Of a stretch of 64,000 bases of DNA, positions 19,112-31,028 are shown piece by piece. How positions within the stretch are numbered: the stretch's first letter is position 1; every line of letters starts with the position of its first letter. Source of the DNA: Gemmatimonadaceae bacterium. GTDB lineage: Bacteria > Gemmatimonadota > Gemmatimonadetes > Gemmatimonadales > Gemmatimonadaceae. The position numbers and the translations under genes were made by a program. The notes under the pieces were generated by a model, which saw only the letters and a list, made by a program, of their open reading frames with translations, made no database searches and was not told the DNA's origin. The DNA lies in contig JBHYGA010000001.1 of NCBI GenBank assembly GCA_051859245.1, positions 960,001 to 1,024,000 of the forward strand, read 5' to 3'.

Positions 19112-20503
19112 ATGCCAAAATTTTCTACATCCCGCGACGTGATCGCACCACGCAGCGCTCGCGCGTTTCGCCGAGGATTGGTGGCTGCGCTCGCCAGCGC
19201 ATTCGTTGGAGCCAGCTGTAGTCCGTCTGAATTCCTTGTCATCGAGGATCCAGACGTCATCAATCCCAGCAACGTCAGCAGTCCGGCAGGCGCCGAAGCG
19301 GTGCGCGTTGGTGCGCTCGCCCGATTTAATGTTGCCACCAGCGGCGGCGAAAGCCTGTTCATCCTCGGCGGTTTGTTCGCCGACGAGTGGAACAACGGCG
19401 ATTCGTTCATCGCCCGTCAGGAAATCGATCAACGCACGATCACGCCACAGAACAATTTCCTGACCGATGCCAATCGCGCATTGCATCGCGCACGGTTGTC
19501 TGGTGAGCAAGCGGTCGCGCTGCTCACCGAGTTCGCGCCCAACGCGCCCCGCTGGCAGATCGCGGAGATGTACTTCGTGCAGGCGTACCTCGAGAATCTC
19601 GCCTCGGAGCACTACTGCAATGGTCTGATTTTCAGCACGGTTATCGATGGCAACGAGTTCTACGGGTCGCCGCTCACCAACGAGGCGGCCTTCACGCGTG
19701 CTCTCGCGCATGCCGACTCAGGGCTCGCGCTGATCACCGGAACAACGGCAAACGACGTGCGTGTACGCAGCGCGTTGCAGACCACTCGAGGTCGTATCTT
19801 GCTGAATCTCAACCGTCCGGCTGATGCGCTCGCGGCTGTGACAAACGTGGCCACCAGTTTCCAATACTTGCAGTTGCACGCCATCACCACCAGCAGTAAC
19901 CAGTTCTGGAACCTGAACAATCTTGCAGGTCGCTATAGCGTGAGTACCGGTGAAGGAACCAATGGGTTGAACTACGCCACGGCGAATGATCCGCGCGTGC
20001 CGGTGTGTACCGGAGGTGATGTCGCCTGTCGTGCTATTGGCGTCACACGCGCTGTACGTGATGATCTGACGAGTCCCTATTTTGTGCAGCGCATCTGGCC
20101 GGCCCGTGAGACCTCAGTTGCCATTACATCGGGTCTTGAAGCGCGCCTCATTGAAGCCGAAGGTCGCCTTCGCGGTGGCAATGCCGCCGGCGCCCTTACC
20201 GCGCTGAACGCGGTTCGTGCCACGTTCACTGGATTGGCGACGCTCACCGATGCGGGCACGGATGCAGCGCGTGTGGATCAGCTCTTTCGCGAGCGTGCGT
20301 TTACGATGTTTGGCCGAGGAACGCGCACCGGTGACATGCGTCGATTGATTCGCCAGTACGGCCGTAACGCCAGCACCGTGTTCCCAACCGGTACGTGGCA
20401 TAAGGGAGGTCAGTATGGATCGGATGTGAACATTATCCTTCCTCTCGCGGAAGAAAACAACCCGGTGCAAGGGGCGGGCGTCTGTCTCGACCGCAATCCC
20501 TGA
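19112..20503 (+). CDS. SusD/RagB-like surface lipoprotein
   Basis: Lipobox VGASC; EARLIEAE, ERAFTMFG.GTR.GDMRR, LPLAEE.NP; follows the SusC gene. Confidence 0.85.
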   Translation: MPKFSTSRDVIAPRSARAFRRGLVAALASAFVGASCSPSEFLVIEDPDVINPSNVSSPAGAEAVRVGALARFNVATSGGESLFILGGLFADEWNNGDSFIARQEIDQRTITPQNNFLTDANRALHRARLSGEQAVALLTEFAPNAPRWQIAEMYFVQAYLENLASEHYCNGLIFSTVIDGNEFYGSPLTNEAAFTRALAHADSGLALITGTTANDVRVRSALQTTRGRILLNLNRPADALAAVTNVATSFQYLQLHAITTSSNQFWNLNNLAGRYSVSTGEGTNGLNYATANDPRVPVCTGGDVACRAIGVTRAVRDDLTSPYFVQRIWPARETSVAITSGLEARLIEAEGRLRGGNAAGALTALNAVRATFTGLATLTDAGTDAARVDQLFRERAFTMFGRGTRTGDMRRLIRQYGRNASTVFPTGTWHKGGQYGSDVNIILPLAEENNPVQGAGVCLDRNP

Positions 20504-20527
20504 TTCATGCGCTAGTTGCTGATGTAT

Positions 20528-20571
20528 CACTGCCGCCAGCGATCAAAGAGTCGTTGGCGGCAGTGTTTTTT
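20528..20571 (+). terminator. Rho-independent terminator after susD
   Basis: CACTGCCGCCAGCGA...TCGTTGGCGGCAGTG followed by a T-run. Confidence 0.85.
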
Positions 20572-20635
20572 GCACGGCGAGGGTGCTTCGCCCAGCCTGC
20601 ACCCGCAACACAACATTCAGTCAGAGAATGGTTCG

Positions 20636-22765
20636 ATGCGATCCCTGGGATTGAACTTGCTTATGCTCACGCTCGTGTCCGCGCCCGTCAACGCGCAGGC
20701 GCCGTACGCAGACCGCGTGGAGATTCGACGTACCGCGCTCGGCGTCCCGCACATTGAGGCCGACGATATGGGCGCCTTCGGCTACGCCATGGCGTGGGTC
20801 CAGCTTGAGGACTACGGCGCGCGCGTGTCACACGGGTTGATTCGTGCACGCGGGCATCTTGGTCGGGTGTTCGGGCGCGACTCCATGGAGCGCGACTTCA
20901 GTGCCCGACTCATGCACGCGCGCGCGGCGGATACGTGGCTGCAGTTACAGCCAGAAACTCGCGAAGTGTACGAAGGATTCGCGCAGGGCGTGAATGACTA
21001 TGTGCGCCAGCATCCTGACGACGTGCCGGCGTGGACGCCAACCAACTTCACGGGCGTTGATGTCGCTGCGCTTTGGATGGAAGCTCCGCTTCTTGAACTT
21101 TCACCAAGCTTCGCGGCCCGCGCGCAGCGCCTGCGTGAGCGAGCCGAGCGTGATTCGCTCCAGCGAGAGGGCGAAGGCTCCAACGCGTGGGCGTTCGCGC
21201 CATCACGTACCCGGTCGGGGCGCGCGATTCTGCTTCGCAATCCACACCTGGATTGGAGTGCGGGCTACTACGAAGCCCATGTGACGGTGCGCGGTGTCAT
21301 GGATTTCTACGGAGACTTTCGTGTTGGCAACCCGGCGCTCCTGGTAGGAGGATTTAATCAGTTCCTCGGCTTCGCCACCACGAACAACAACACCGACAAC
21401 GAAGCGATATATGCGCTCGCTGTGGATAGCGCACGCACTGACCACTACCTGCTTGATGGTCAGAGTCATCCGTTGCAACGCATTGATATTGTAGCCGAGT
21501 ATCGGAACGGAAACGGCCTGTCGTCCGTGATTCGCACAATCTGGCGCACGCATATGGGTCCGGTTGTCGAGCGTGCCGATGGCAAGGTCTACATCGCGCG
21601 ATGGCCGGCGGAGGGCGAGTTTCGAAAAGGTGAGCAGTTCCTGCGCATGATGCGCGCGCGCAATCTTGAGGAATGGAAGGACGCCATGCGGCTGCGGGCA
21701 CACACCACGTCAAACCTGACGTACGCCGATACGAAGGGAAACATTTTCTACGTGTGGAATGCAACCGTTCCGAGCCTGCCGCACGCGTCAGGTGCCGACT
21801 CCATGGCCATCCCGGCGCGCACCAGCAACGATATGTGGCGCGATCTGGTGCCCTTTGACTCGCTGCCGCAGCTCCTCAACCCGCCGGGCGGCTACATCCA
21901 GCAGTCGAACGATCCGTTTCACTATACGAATCTCAACGCGATCATCGACTCATTGCGCTTCCCGTCAAACTTCTCGAGGCCGGCGATGGGATTCCGGACA
22001 CAGCTCGGCGTGCGTCTGGCAACGCAGCAGCGCAAGATGACGCTGGAAGATGTGGTGCGTCTCAAGCATTCGTATCGCATGCTGGCGGGCGAACGATTCG
22101 CCGACGATTTGCTCGCAGCGGTGCGTGCGACGCCGATGTCGCCCGCTGTCAGCGCCGCCGCCGACATGCTTGCGAAATGGGATCACACCACCGCGCACGA
22201 TTCTCGCGGTGGCGTTCTGTTCGAGGTGTGGTACAACAGACATCTCGCCGGTGGCGAAGCAATGCGCGGTGTGCCGGCATCGGAGCGCATGCGTCGCGTT
22301 TTTTCTGATCGTTGGGATCCCGCGCGTCCAACGATGACACCGGACGGGCTCGCTGATCCCGTGCGAGCAGCTGCGGACTTCGTATGGGCCGTGGACGAAG
22401 TCACGCGACGCTACGGTCGCGCGGACGTGGCGTGGGGCGACGTACATCGCGTGCGCCGCGGGAATGTGGATGAACCGGTTGGTGGTTGCACCGGAGCGCT
22501 CGGCTGCTTTCGTGTGGTGCAATACTCCGATGCGGCCGATGGCAAGCGGGTCGCGCGGGGCGGTGATGGCTGGGTGCTCGCCGTGGAGTTTGCACCGGTT
22601 CCACGTGCATATTCGGTGCTCGCGTATGGACAGAGTTCACGCCCGGAGTCGCCGTATCATGCATCGCAGGCGGCGATGTTTGCGCGCGGCGATATGAAGC
22701 CCGTCGCGTATACCAGGGCCGACGTTGAGACGGCGACGGTACGTCGGTATCGGCCCCGTCGCTGA
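20636..22765 (+). CDS. Penicillin acylase family (S45) Ntn-hydrolase, secreted
   Basis: Signal peptide, GVPHI, GSNAWA (N-terminal nucleophile Ser), RNPHL, YEAH, NLTYAD..GNI. Confidence 0.9.
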   Translation: MRSLGLNLLMLTLVSAPVNAQAPYADRVEIRRTALGVPHIEADDMGAFGYAMAWVQLEDYGARVSHGLIRARGHLGRVFGRDSMERDFSARLMHARAADTWLQLQPETREVYEGFAQGVNDYVRQHPDDVPAWTPTNFTGVDVAALWMEAPLLELSPSFAARAQRLRERAERDSLQREGEGSNAWAFAPSRTRSGRAILLRNPHLDWSAGYYEAHVTVRGVMDFYGDFRVGNPALLVGGFNQFLGFATTNNNTDNEAIYALAVDSARTDHYLLDGQSHPLQRIDIVAEYRNGNGLSSVIRTIWRTHMGPVVERADGKVYIARWPAEGEFRKGEQFLRMMRARNLEEWKDAMRLRAHTTSNLTYADTKGNIFYVWNATVPSLPHASGADSMAIPARTSNDMWRDLVPFDSLPQLLNPPGGYIQQSNDPFHYTNLNAIIDSLRFPSNFSRPAMGFRTQLGVRLATQQRKMTLEDVVRLKHSYRMLAGERFADDLLAAVRATPMSPAVSAAADMLAKWDHTTAHDSRGGVLFEVWYNRHLAGGEAMRGVPASERMRRVFSDRWDPARPTMTPDGLADPVRAAADFVWAVDEVTRRYGRADVAWGDVHRVRRGNVDEPVGGCTGALGCFRVVQYSDAADGKRVARGGDGWVLAVEFAPVPRAYSVLAYGQSSRPESPYHASQAAMFARGDMKPVAYTRADVETATVRRYRPRR

Positions 22766-22835
22766 GGCGCGGGGCGTGTGAGGAGTGCTTGCGGTTCTGC
22801 AAGCCGCCGTGACGGCGTGGTGAACGCGGTTGCAG

Positions 22836-24068
22836 TTAACCCACAGCTGCGATCCGCTCCCACTCCACACGAATACTCCGGGCCCCCGCGGCTGGCCCCT
22901 CGGGATGCCCGAACACACCGCGACCGGGAACAAACCCAAAGTCTACCGTGCCGAGTGATCGGTACACGCCCTCGAGCGTGGCTGCGGAATCACTGCCGCC
23001 GGGTACGGGCAGTGATGGCCGAATGTCGCCCATGTCGTCTAGGCACGCGCGCACATTCGCCAAGACCTCGGCAGCGGGTGTCATCATGCGTTTGCCAAAG
23101 CCAGGCATGATGATCGCGTCGCACCCGGCGAGCCGTTGCAGTCGCGTGAAGACCACAGAACTCACACCGTAGTGCGGCAGTCTCCCGAGGCCCGCGATCA
23201 TGGGAAAGTGCGAAACGATCGGCACGCGAGCATGTGCGCGGAGCAGGCGAATGCCGCTGAGCCCAACAGGCAGCGCATTCACCATGACTGCGCCCGCCCC
23301 ATTCGCTACGACTGTGTCATGCAGTGGTATGAGTCGGTCCACTTCGTCGGTGATGTTGGCCAGGTACATCGAGCGTGCACCGGTCACCGAGGCCGCACGC
23401 CGACACGCGTCGCCCAGCGCCGCACTGCGCTCAGCGATCGGCGACCACGGCGCATCGGCCAGCATTTCGTCGTCCTTCGCAATGTCGAGACCGCCGCACC
23501 ATCCCTCGTACGCTAACACCGCAAACTCTCGTGCTGGCACACCGATGTTTGGCTTGATCACACCAAAAAAGATCGGGCGATCGAATGCCTGCAGTTGTTC
23601 ACGGAATCCGTGTACACCAAACTGCGGACCTGAAAACGCGCGAAGAAACGCACCGGGAAACTGAATGTCGTGCAGTCGCACGATTGGTATGCCGGGCGAG
23701 AAAAACATTCCCTCGCCGGCAATCGCCGACAACAGATTCGGTAGACGCGGCCCAAAGTTGCCGTGTGGGTGTGCAATGCGTACGCGGCAACGATGTACCT
23801 CGCCCGCTGGCGCCGACGGTACATCGTAGCTGAAACCGTGTGGCGAATGCTCGGCCTCAAGCTCCAGCACACGCGCCGCAAACTCCGGTCGAAAATCTTC
23901 GGTTACACCAACGCGCTTCCATTGCGCGGTGCTTTGTTCGCTGCAGAAATGCGCCGCGGCCAGACGTGGGTCACCTACGCACTCAAAGCTGTAATCGAGC
24001 TCGAGGTAGCGTTCCATATCAAGATCACCACGATTCGCGTAAAACCCGTTGGCGTCGTCGTGTGTCAT
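22836..24068 (-). CDS. Form IV RuBisCO-like protein (RLP), not a carboxylating RuBisCO
   Basis: CSEQSTAQW, GPQFG, VIKPNIG, AKDDEML, YLANIT, PVPGGS, GRGVFGHP; no rbcS or prk nearby. Confidence 0.9.
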   Translation of the reverse strand: MTHDDANGFYANRGDLDMERYLELDYSFECVGDPRLAAAHFCSEQSTAQWKRVGVTEDFRPEFAARVLELEAEHSPHGFSYDVPSAPAGEVHRCRVRIAHPHGNFGPRLPNLLSAIAGEGMFFSPGIPIVRLHDIQFPGAFLRAFSGPQFGVHGFREQLQAFDRPIFFGVIKPNIGVPAREFAVLAYEGWCGGLDIAKDDEMLADAPWSPIAERSAALGDACRRAASVTGARSMYLANITDEVDRLIPLHDTVVANGAGAVMVNALPVGLSGIRLLRAHARVPIVSHFPMIAGLGRLPHYGVSSVVFTRLQRLAGCDAIIMPGFGKRMMTPAAEVLANVRACLDDMGDIRPSLPVPGGSDSAATLEGVYRSLGTVDFGFVPGRGVFGHPEGPAAGARSIRVEWERIAAVG

Positions 24069-24125
24069 GGCGTGGCTCGCTTCGCCGCAGCGGGAGCGCG
24101 AACGGCAACTTCGCTCGGCATTCCG

Positions 24126-24554
24126 TCAGTCGGCACTGAGCAGTTGCAACTCAACCTGCCGCGCCGCGCGTGGTCCGTCGAGTTCAACAAAGAACAGTGA
24201 TTGCCAAGTGCCGAGCATTAACTCGCCATCCACCACCGGAATCGTTTCCGACGCATTCACGAGCAGGCTGAGCAAATGTGCGTGCGCATTGTCGCGATTG
24301 TCTACCGTGTGCTCGTTGTGCGAGTACGCAGCGTTCGCTGGTGCCAAGCGCTCAAGGAACGCCACCATGTCGCGCTGAAGCGCCGGGTCGCGCTCGTTGA
24401 GTGTGAGGCGCGCCGTGGTGTGTAACGAGATGGCCGACAGCAGCCCATTGCGTACACCGGTCTGCGAAAGCCATTCGCGTAGTCGGGACGTCACGTCGAC
24501 GAACTGAATCGGCGCCGAGGTGGCGAACTCGATGCGATGTCGCAGCAGTTTCAC
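24126..24554 (-). CDS. yjbQ: YjbQ/UPF0047 family protein
   Basis: HTTA.L..NE, YSHN, NAHAHL, LGTWQS.FFVELDGPR. Confidence 0.88.
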   Translation of the reverse strand: MKLLRHRIEFATSAPIQFVDVTSRLREWLSQTGVRNGLLSAISLHTTARLTLNERDPALQRDMVAFLERLAPANAAYSHNEHTVDNRDNAHAHLLSLLVNASETIPVVDGELMLGTWQSLFFVELDGPRAARQVELQLLSAD

Positions 24555-24587
24555 AGAGTGAACAGGCGGGAAGGGAACAGTGAGTCA

Positions 24588-24669
24588 TGCGCTCGCCCGG
24601 ACTCGAACCGGGACAGGTTGCCCTACAAGCTCCTAAGGCTTGCGCGTCTACCAATTTCGCCACGAGCGC
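24588..24669 (-). tRNA. tRNA-Leu (anticodon TAG), long variable arm, CCA not encoded
   Basis: GCGCTCG acceptor stem, D-arm TGGCGAAATTGGTAGACGC, anticodon arm CAAGC-CTTAGGA-GCTTG, T-arm CCCGG-TTCGAGT-CCGGG. Confidence 0.95.
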
Positions 24670-24699
24670 TCACGACCAGCGAATAAGATAATGCAATTG

Positions 24700-24736
24700 A
24701 AAACGCGGGCCAGATCGTTTGATCAAGCCCGCGTTC
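24700..24736 (-). terminator. Terminator after degP
   Basis: AACGCGGGC...GCCCGCGTT hairpin followed by TT on the minus strand. Confidence 0.7.
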
Positions 24737-24761
24737 ACAACGGCACACGTGCGACTGTTGC

Positions 24762-26321
24762 TTACTTCGGCACTTGCAACGTGACCGACGATGTCTGCGT
24801 GCCGTTCGCGAAACGACTCAGAACGCGCAGTCCCACGTAATCACCAGGCTGCAGGCCGTCCACCACCGCGCGCAAGTCAGCTACCGACTTGACCGGCCGA
24901 CGCTCGCCCGGATACGTCACTTCGAGAATGATGTCGCGACCCGCCACCAGCTTGCCGTACGCCGCACCGTCGGACGCCACGTCCGTCACACGCAGACCGC
25001 CCTTCTCGGGCAGATTCATCGTGGCGCTCGCCTCGGGTGTGAGCGATTCAACCGTGATGCCAAGCTTGCTTGCCGGCAGACGTGTCGGCGATGGTGGCTC
25101 GGCGTTTGGCGTGGTCGGGGTCACGCCGCGATTGGCGATGAGCGAAGGAACCGACTCGGCGCCCTGCAACGTCACCTTGAACGTACGCTTCTTGCCAAAG
25201 CGATAACCAACCACTTCGATCGTTTGGCCAACGTCGTTGCTGCGCACCGTACGCTGCAACGCGCTCACACGATCCACATCCTTGCCCGCCACGCTCACAA
25301 TCACGTCGCCCGATTCAATTCCCGCCTTCATGGCCGGACCATTGTCCGTGACCGTCTGCACCTTCACACCGGCAATGCGCGAGAGACCCGCGAGACCCGC
25401 ATCTTCCGGATCCACCTCGGTCACCGTGATGCCGATAACTGGCAGGCGCACCTTGCCGTCGCGAATCAGATCTTCCATCACGGCTTTCGCGAGCGTGATG
25501 GGAATCGCGAAGCCGTAGCCCGAGTAGAAGCCGGTCTGACTGGCGATCGCGCTGTTCACGCCGATCACTTCGCCGCGGAGATTGATGAGCGGACCACCCG
25601 AGTTTCCGGGATTGATCGCCGCGTCCGTCTGAATGAAGTCGTTGATCGCCAGGCCACCGCTGTTGGGAAGGCTCACTTCGCTGCCACGATTCTTTGACGA
25701 CACGATACCGGCCGTGACAGTGAAGTCGAGACCAAGCGGATTGCCCACCGCCACGACCCAGTCACCGATGCGCAGCTTTTCATCATCGCCGAGCGGAATG
25801 CTGGGGAATCGCGCTCCATCAATCTTGATCACCGCGATGTCGGTCGTGGAATCGGTGCCAATAATGCGCGCCCGGAATCGACGGCGATCCGACAACGTCA
25901 CATCCAGAACCGTGGCTCCGGCCACGACGTGGTTGTTGGTGATGATGTAACCGTCTGGATTCACAATGAAGCCGGAGCCGTCACCCGTTTGCTCGCGTGG
26001 CTGCTGGCGTTCGAACTGCTCGAGAAACTCTTCCATGCCGGGTGGCACGTTGCGGTTCGATGTACGCGGACGCGCCGCCCGTGTTGCACGAATCGACACA
26101 ACGGCGGGCGTGACACGCTCGGCGACGTCAGCAATCGAGCCGGTGCCTTCTGGTACGACGCCGTTCACTGGCGTGAGCGCGACGGCATTCGCAGACGTGC
26201 CGGTCTGCGCCCAACCAAAGCGCGTAAGATCCATGCCGGAAGCGAACACAACGCCACCAACAAACGCCGCCGTGACTGCTACGGAGAGACGAACTCGACG
26301 TGAAGTGCTGGATGCTGCCAT
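24762..26321 (-). CDS. degP: DegP/HtrA serine protease with two PDZ domains
   Basis: GSGFIV, TNNHVV, DIAVIK, IQTDAAINPGNSGGPL. Confidence 0.92.
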   Translation of the reverse strand: MAASSTSRRVRLSVAVTAAFVGGVVFASGMDLTRFGWAQTGTSANAVALTPVNGVVPEGTGSIADVAERVTPAVVSIRATRAARPRTSNRNVPPGMEEFLEQFERQQPREQTGDGSGFIVNPDGYIITNNHVVAGATVLDVTLSDRRRFRARIIGTDSTTDIAVIKIDGARFPSIPLGDDEKLRIGDWVVAVGNPLGLDFTVTAGIVSSKNRGSEVSLPNSGGLAINDFIQTDAAINPGNSGGPLINLRGEVIGVNSAIASQTGFYSGYGFAIPITLAKAVMEDLIRDGKVRLPVIGITVTEVDPEDAGLAGLSRIAGVKVQTVTDNGPAMKAGIESGDVIVSVAGKDVDRVSALQRTVRSNDVGQTIEVVGYRFGKKRTFKVTLQGAESVPSLIANRGVTPTTPNAEPPSPTRLPASKLGITVESLTPEASATMNLPEKGGLRVTDVASDGAAYGKLVAGRDIILEVTYPGERRPVKSVADLRAVVDGLQPGDYVGLRVLSRFANGTQTSSVTLQVPK

Positions 26322-26380
26322 GGGATTCGTCCTTGTTGCTACGGAAAAGGTTTGCGACCTGCTTGTATGTTAAGACACCA

Positions 26381-26414
26381 AAACGCCCGCCGCTGTTTCC
26401 AGCGGCGGGCGTTT
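26381..26414 (-). terminator. Terminator after dnaK
   Basis: Perfect 15 bp stem AAACGCCCGCCGCTG with a GAAA loop on the minus strand. Confidence 0.85.
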
Positions 26415-26431
26415 CGTGTACCGCTGGACGA

Positions 26432-28366
<1,935 letters not shown>

Positions 28367-28430
28367 TGCTGCCTCTGGTAGAAATGGGTCAGGGCGCGCC
28401 CGCATGGCGGCGCCAACTCATCCTACGAAG

Positions 28431-28447
28431 TAGCAAGAGGCGAGCCG
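28431..28447 (-). promoter_or_regulatory. Putative sigma54 (-24/-12) promoter of dnaK
   Basis: CGGCTCGCCTCTTGCTA, i.e. GG-N10-GC with TTGC, about 65 nt upstream of the start. Confidence 0.55.
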
Positions 28448-28487
28448 CGGCGGGTGTGCCTCTCAGGCTGGCAATGGTGCCAAAATG

Positions 28488-29210
28488 TCAGGTCGTGCCT
28501 GCCTCTGGCTCCTCGGCTTCGGTCTGCTCGGCGTCTTCCGCCTTGCGATTGTCCGAGGCCCGGTGCTTGATCGACCGGCCTTCCACCAGATACACCACGT
28601 CTTCGGAGACATTGGTGGCCAGATCGGCAATGCGTTCGAGGTTGCCGGACACGAGCAGCAGGTCCATACCCGCGCCGATGCGGCGGGGGTCTTCCATCAT
28701 GTGCGTGAGCAGAATGCGGAAGTTGTTGGCGTGCAACTCGTCAACGCGATCGTCGCGCTTGATGACCGTGCGGGCCATGGCCGCATCGCCGCGGATAAAC
28801 GAATCGAGCGCCACCGACAGCATGTTCGTGGAGATGCGCGCCATCTCTTCGATTTCGGGGAGCACAGGAAAGTGCGCGCCCTGCACCATGTAGATCACCG
28901 TTTCGGCGATGTTCACCGCGTGGTCGCCAACGCGCTCCAGATCGTTCGCGATCTTCATCGCGATGGTGATCAGTCGCAGGTCGCGCGCCATCGGCTGCTG
29001 CAGTGCCAGCAGGTTCACGGCAAGGTCGTCGATCTCCATTTCGGCCGCGTCAATGCCGCCGTCCTGATCAATGACTTCGTACGCGAGATCCTTGCTGCGC
29101 GTGGTGAGCGCGGTCACGGCCGTCTTGACCGCCGTTTCCGCCAGTCCAGCCATCCGAATGAGCGAACCGTTCAGCTTGTCCAGATCATCCTGAAAATGAC
29201 GGTGACTCAC
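28488..29210 (-). CDS. phoU: Phosphate signalling protein PhoU
   Basis: [31 protein letters not shown]. Confidence 0.95.
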   Translation of the reverse strand: MSHRHFQDDLDKLNGSLIRMAGLAETAVKTAVTALTTRSKDLAYEVIDQDGGIDAAEMEIDDLAVNLLALQQPMARDLRLITIAMKIANDLERVGDHAVNIAETVIYMVQGAHFPVLPEIEEMARISTNMLSVALDSFIRGDAAMARTVIKRDDRVDELHANNFRILLTHMMEDPRRIGAGMDLLLVSGNLERIADLATNVSEDVVYLVEGRSIKHRASDNRKAEDAEQTEAEEPEAGTT

Positions 29211-29983
29211 CCGAATCTCCCTGTGATATAGGACTCCGTCCGCTCTTCACGCGGATTGGTGAAAAGCTCGTTCGTGGGACCATACTCAACCACTTCGCCC
29301 ATGTACAGGAACGCTGTGTGGTCGGACACGCGTGCGGCTTGCTGCATGCTGTGCGTGACGATGACCACCGTGTAGTCCTGCTTCAGATCGTAGATCAGAT
29401 CTTCGATCTTCTGCGTGGCAATCGGATCGAGCGCTGAGGCCGGTTCGTCCATGAGGAGGACTTCCGGTTCCACCGCCAGCGCGCGCGCGATGCACAGTCG
29501 CTGCTGCTGACCACCGGAGAGCGCCAGCGCGTTGGAGTTGAGCCGGTCCTTGACCTCTTCCCACAACGCGGCCTGCCGAAGCGAGCGCTCGACGAGCTCA
29601 CTGAAATCGCCCTTGTAGCCGTTGATCTTTGGCCCAAACACCACGTTGTCGTAGATCGACTTCGGAAACGGGTTCGGCTTCTGAAACACCATGCCGATGC
29701 GGCGACGCACGTCGACGGCATCAACCCCGGTGCCATACAGGTTGCGTCCCTGAAAGAGCGCTTCGCCTTCGATCTTCACACCGGGAATCAGATCGTTCAT
29801 GCGGTTGAAACAACGCAGCAACGTGCTCTTGCCGCAGCCGCTTGGGCCGATGAACGACACCACCTGGCGATCAGGAATCTTCAGGGACACGTATTTCAAC
29901 GCGCGCGTTTCGCCGTAGAGAACCGACAATTCTCGCGCTTCCAGTTCGACCGGCCCCGCAGGGTTCCGAATCGCTTCACTCAT
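29207..29983 (-). CDS. pstB: Phosphate ABC transporter ATPase
   Basis: [32 protein letters not shown]. Confidence 0.96.
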   Translation of the reverse strand: MSEAIRNPAGPVELEARELSVLYGETRALKYVSLKIPDRQVVSFIGPSGCGKSTLLRCFNRMNDLIPGVKIEGEALFQGRNLYGTGVDAVDVRRRIGMVFQKPNPFPKSIYDNVVFGPKINGYKGDFSELVERSLRQAALWEEVKDRLNSNALALSGGQQQRLCIARALAVEPEVLLMDEPASALDPIATQKIEDLIYDLKQDYTVVIVTHSMQQAARVSDHTAFLYMGEVVEYGPTNELFTNPREERTESYITGRFG

Positions 29984-29987
29984 GCAG

Positions 29988-31028
29988 TCAACTCCGCCGC
30001 GTGTACTTGTTGCGCAGCCAGATGGCAATTGCGCTCATGCTCAGCAACAACGCCAACAAGACAATGCTGGCCGCTGCTGCCACTTCGTGAAACGCCGTCT
30101 GCGGTCGTGATACCCAGTTGAAAATCTGGAAGGGCAGCACGGTGTACTGATCCGACGGGTTCGTGGGAATGAACGCCACAAATCCAAGCGCGCCCACAAG
30201 AATCACCGGTGCCGCTTCACCAATCGCGCGTGAAAGCGCGAGAATCGTTCCCGTCATAATGCCAGGAAGCGCGACCGGAAGAATCTGATGTCTGATTGTT
30301 TCCCAGCGTGTTGCGCCGAGCGCGTACGCACCGAGTCTGATCGTGCGCGGTACCGCTTTGATGGCTTCCTGCGACGCGATAATGATCACCGGAAGAATCA
30401 GCAGCGCCAATGTGAGCGCGGCGGCCATCAGGCTGCGTCCCAGAGACATCACGCGCACGAACAGGGCAAGCCCAAGAATGCCGTACACGATCGACGGTAC
30501 GCCGGCCAGATTCGCAATGTTCATTTCAATCAAGCGACGCCACCGATTGTTGGGCGCGTATTCTTCAAGCCAGATGGCGGTACCAACGCCGAGCGGAAAC
30601 GCGAACAGCGTGGTCAGAAAGAGTACCCACGCGGAGCCCGCCAGCGCCGGACCGATGCCGGCCCGATCAGCAAATCGCGACGGGAAGCCGGTGATCATCG
30701 ACCAGCTCAGGCGACTCGCGCCATCACGAAAGATATCGATGAGCAGCGCCGCCAGAACGACCACGCCGATCAGCGTGGCCACAAGACACAACGCCGCGAA
30801 TGCGCTCGCAATGAAGCGGCGCTGCGAAACGCGCGGAGCAAACCGCGACGGATCACGTTGGGCTGCGGGATGTGGCGCTGTCGCGGTGTCATCCGAGCGT
30901 GCACTGCCATTCGACGTCTGCCGCAATCCCGAGAACGTCGGACGCACAAACTGCGTGGCCGGTCGGCCGTTGGCACGCGTTGTCGTCGTGGGAGGAACGG
31001 CGACGGCGTCCTTTACGGGCTCGGTCAT
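29988..31028 (-). CDS. pstA: Phosphate ABC transporter permease
   Basis: [20 protein letters not shown]; position in the pst operon. Confidence 0.93.
   Translation of the reverse strand: MTEPVKDAVAVPPTTTTRANGRPATQFVRPTFSGLRQTSNGSARSDDTATAPHPAAQRDPSRFAPRVSQRRFIASAFAALCLVATLIGVVVLAALLIDIFRDGASRLSWSMITGFPSRFADRAGIGPALAGSAWVLFLTTLFAFPLGVGTAIWLEEYAPNNRWRRLIEMNIANLAGVPSIVYGILGLALFVRVMSLGRSLMAAALTLALLILPVIIIASQEAIKAVPRTIRLGAYALGATRWETIRHQILPVALPGIMTGTILALSRAIGEAAPVILVGALGFVAFIPTNPSDQYTVLPFQIFNWVSRPQTAFHEVAAAASIVLLALLLSMSAIAIWLRNKYTRRS

Noticed and set aside
22836..24068. RuBisCO plus SbtA/CA as evidence of a Calvin cycle
   Set aside because: Active-site substitutions mark a form IV RLP; no rbcS, prk or carboxysome genes are present
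24588..24669. tRNA-Leu as the attachment site of an integrative island
   Set aside because: No integrase, and I found no duplicate of the tRNA 3' end in the window
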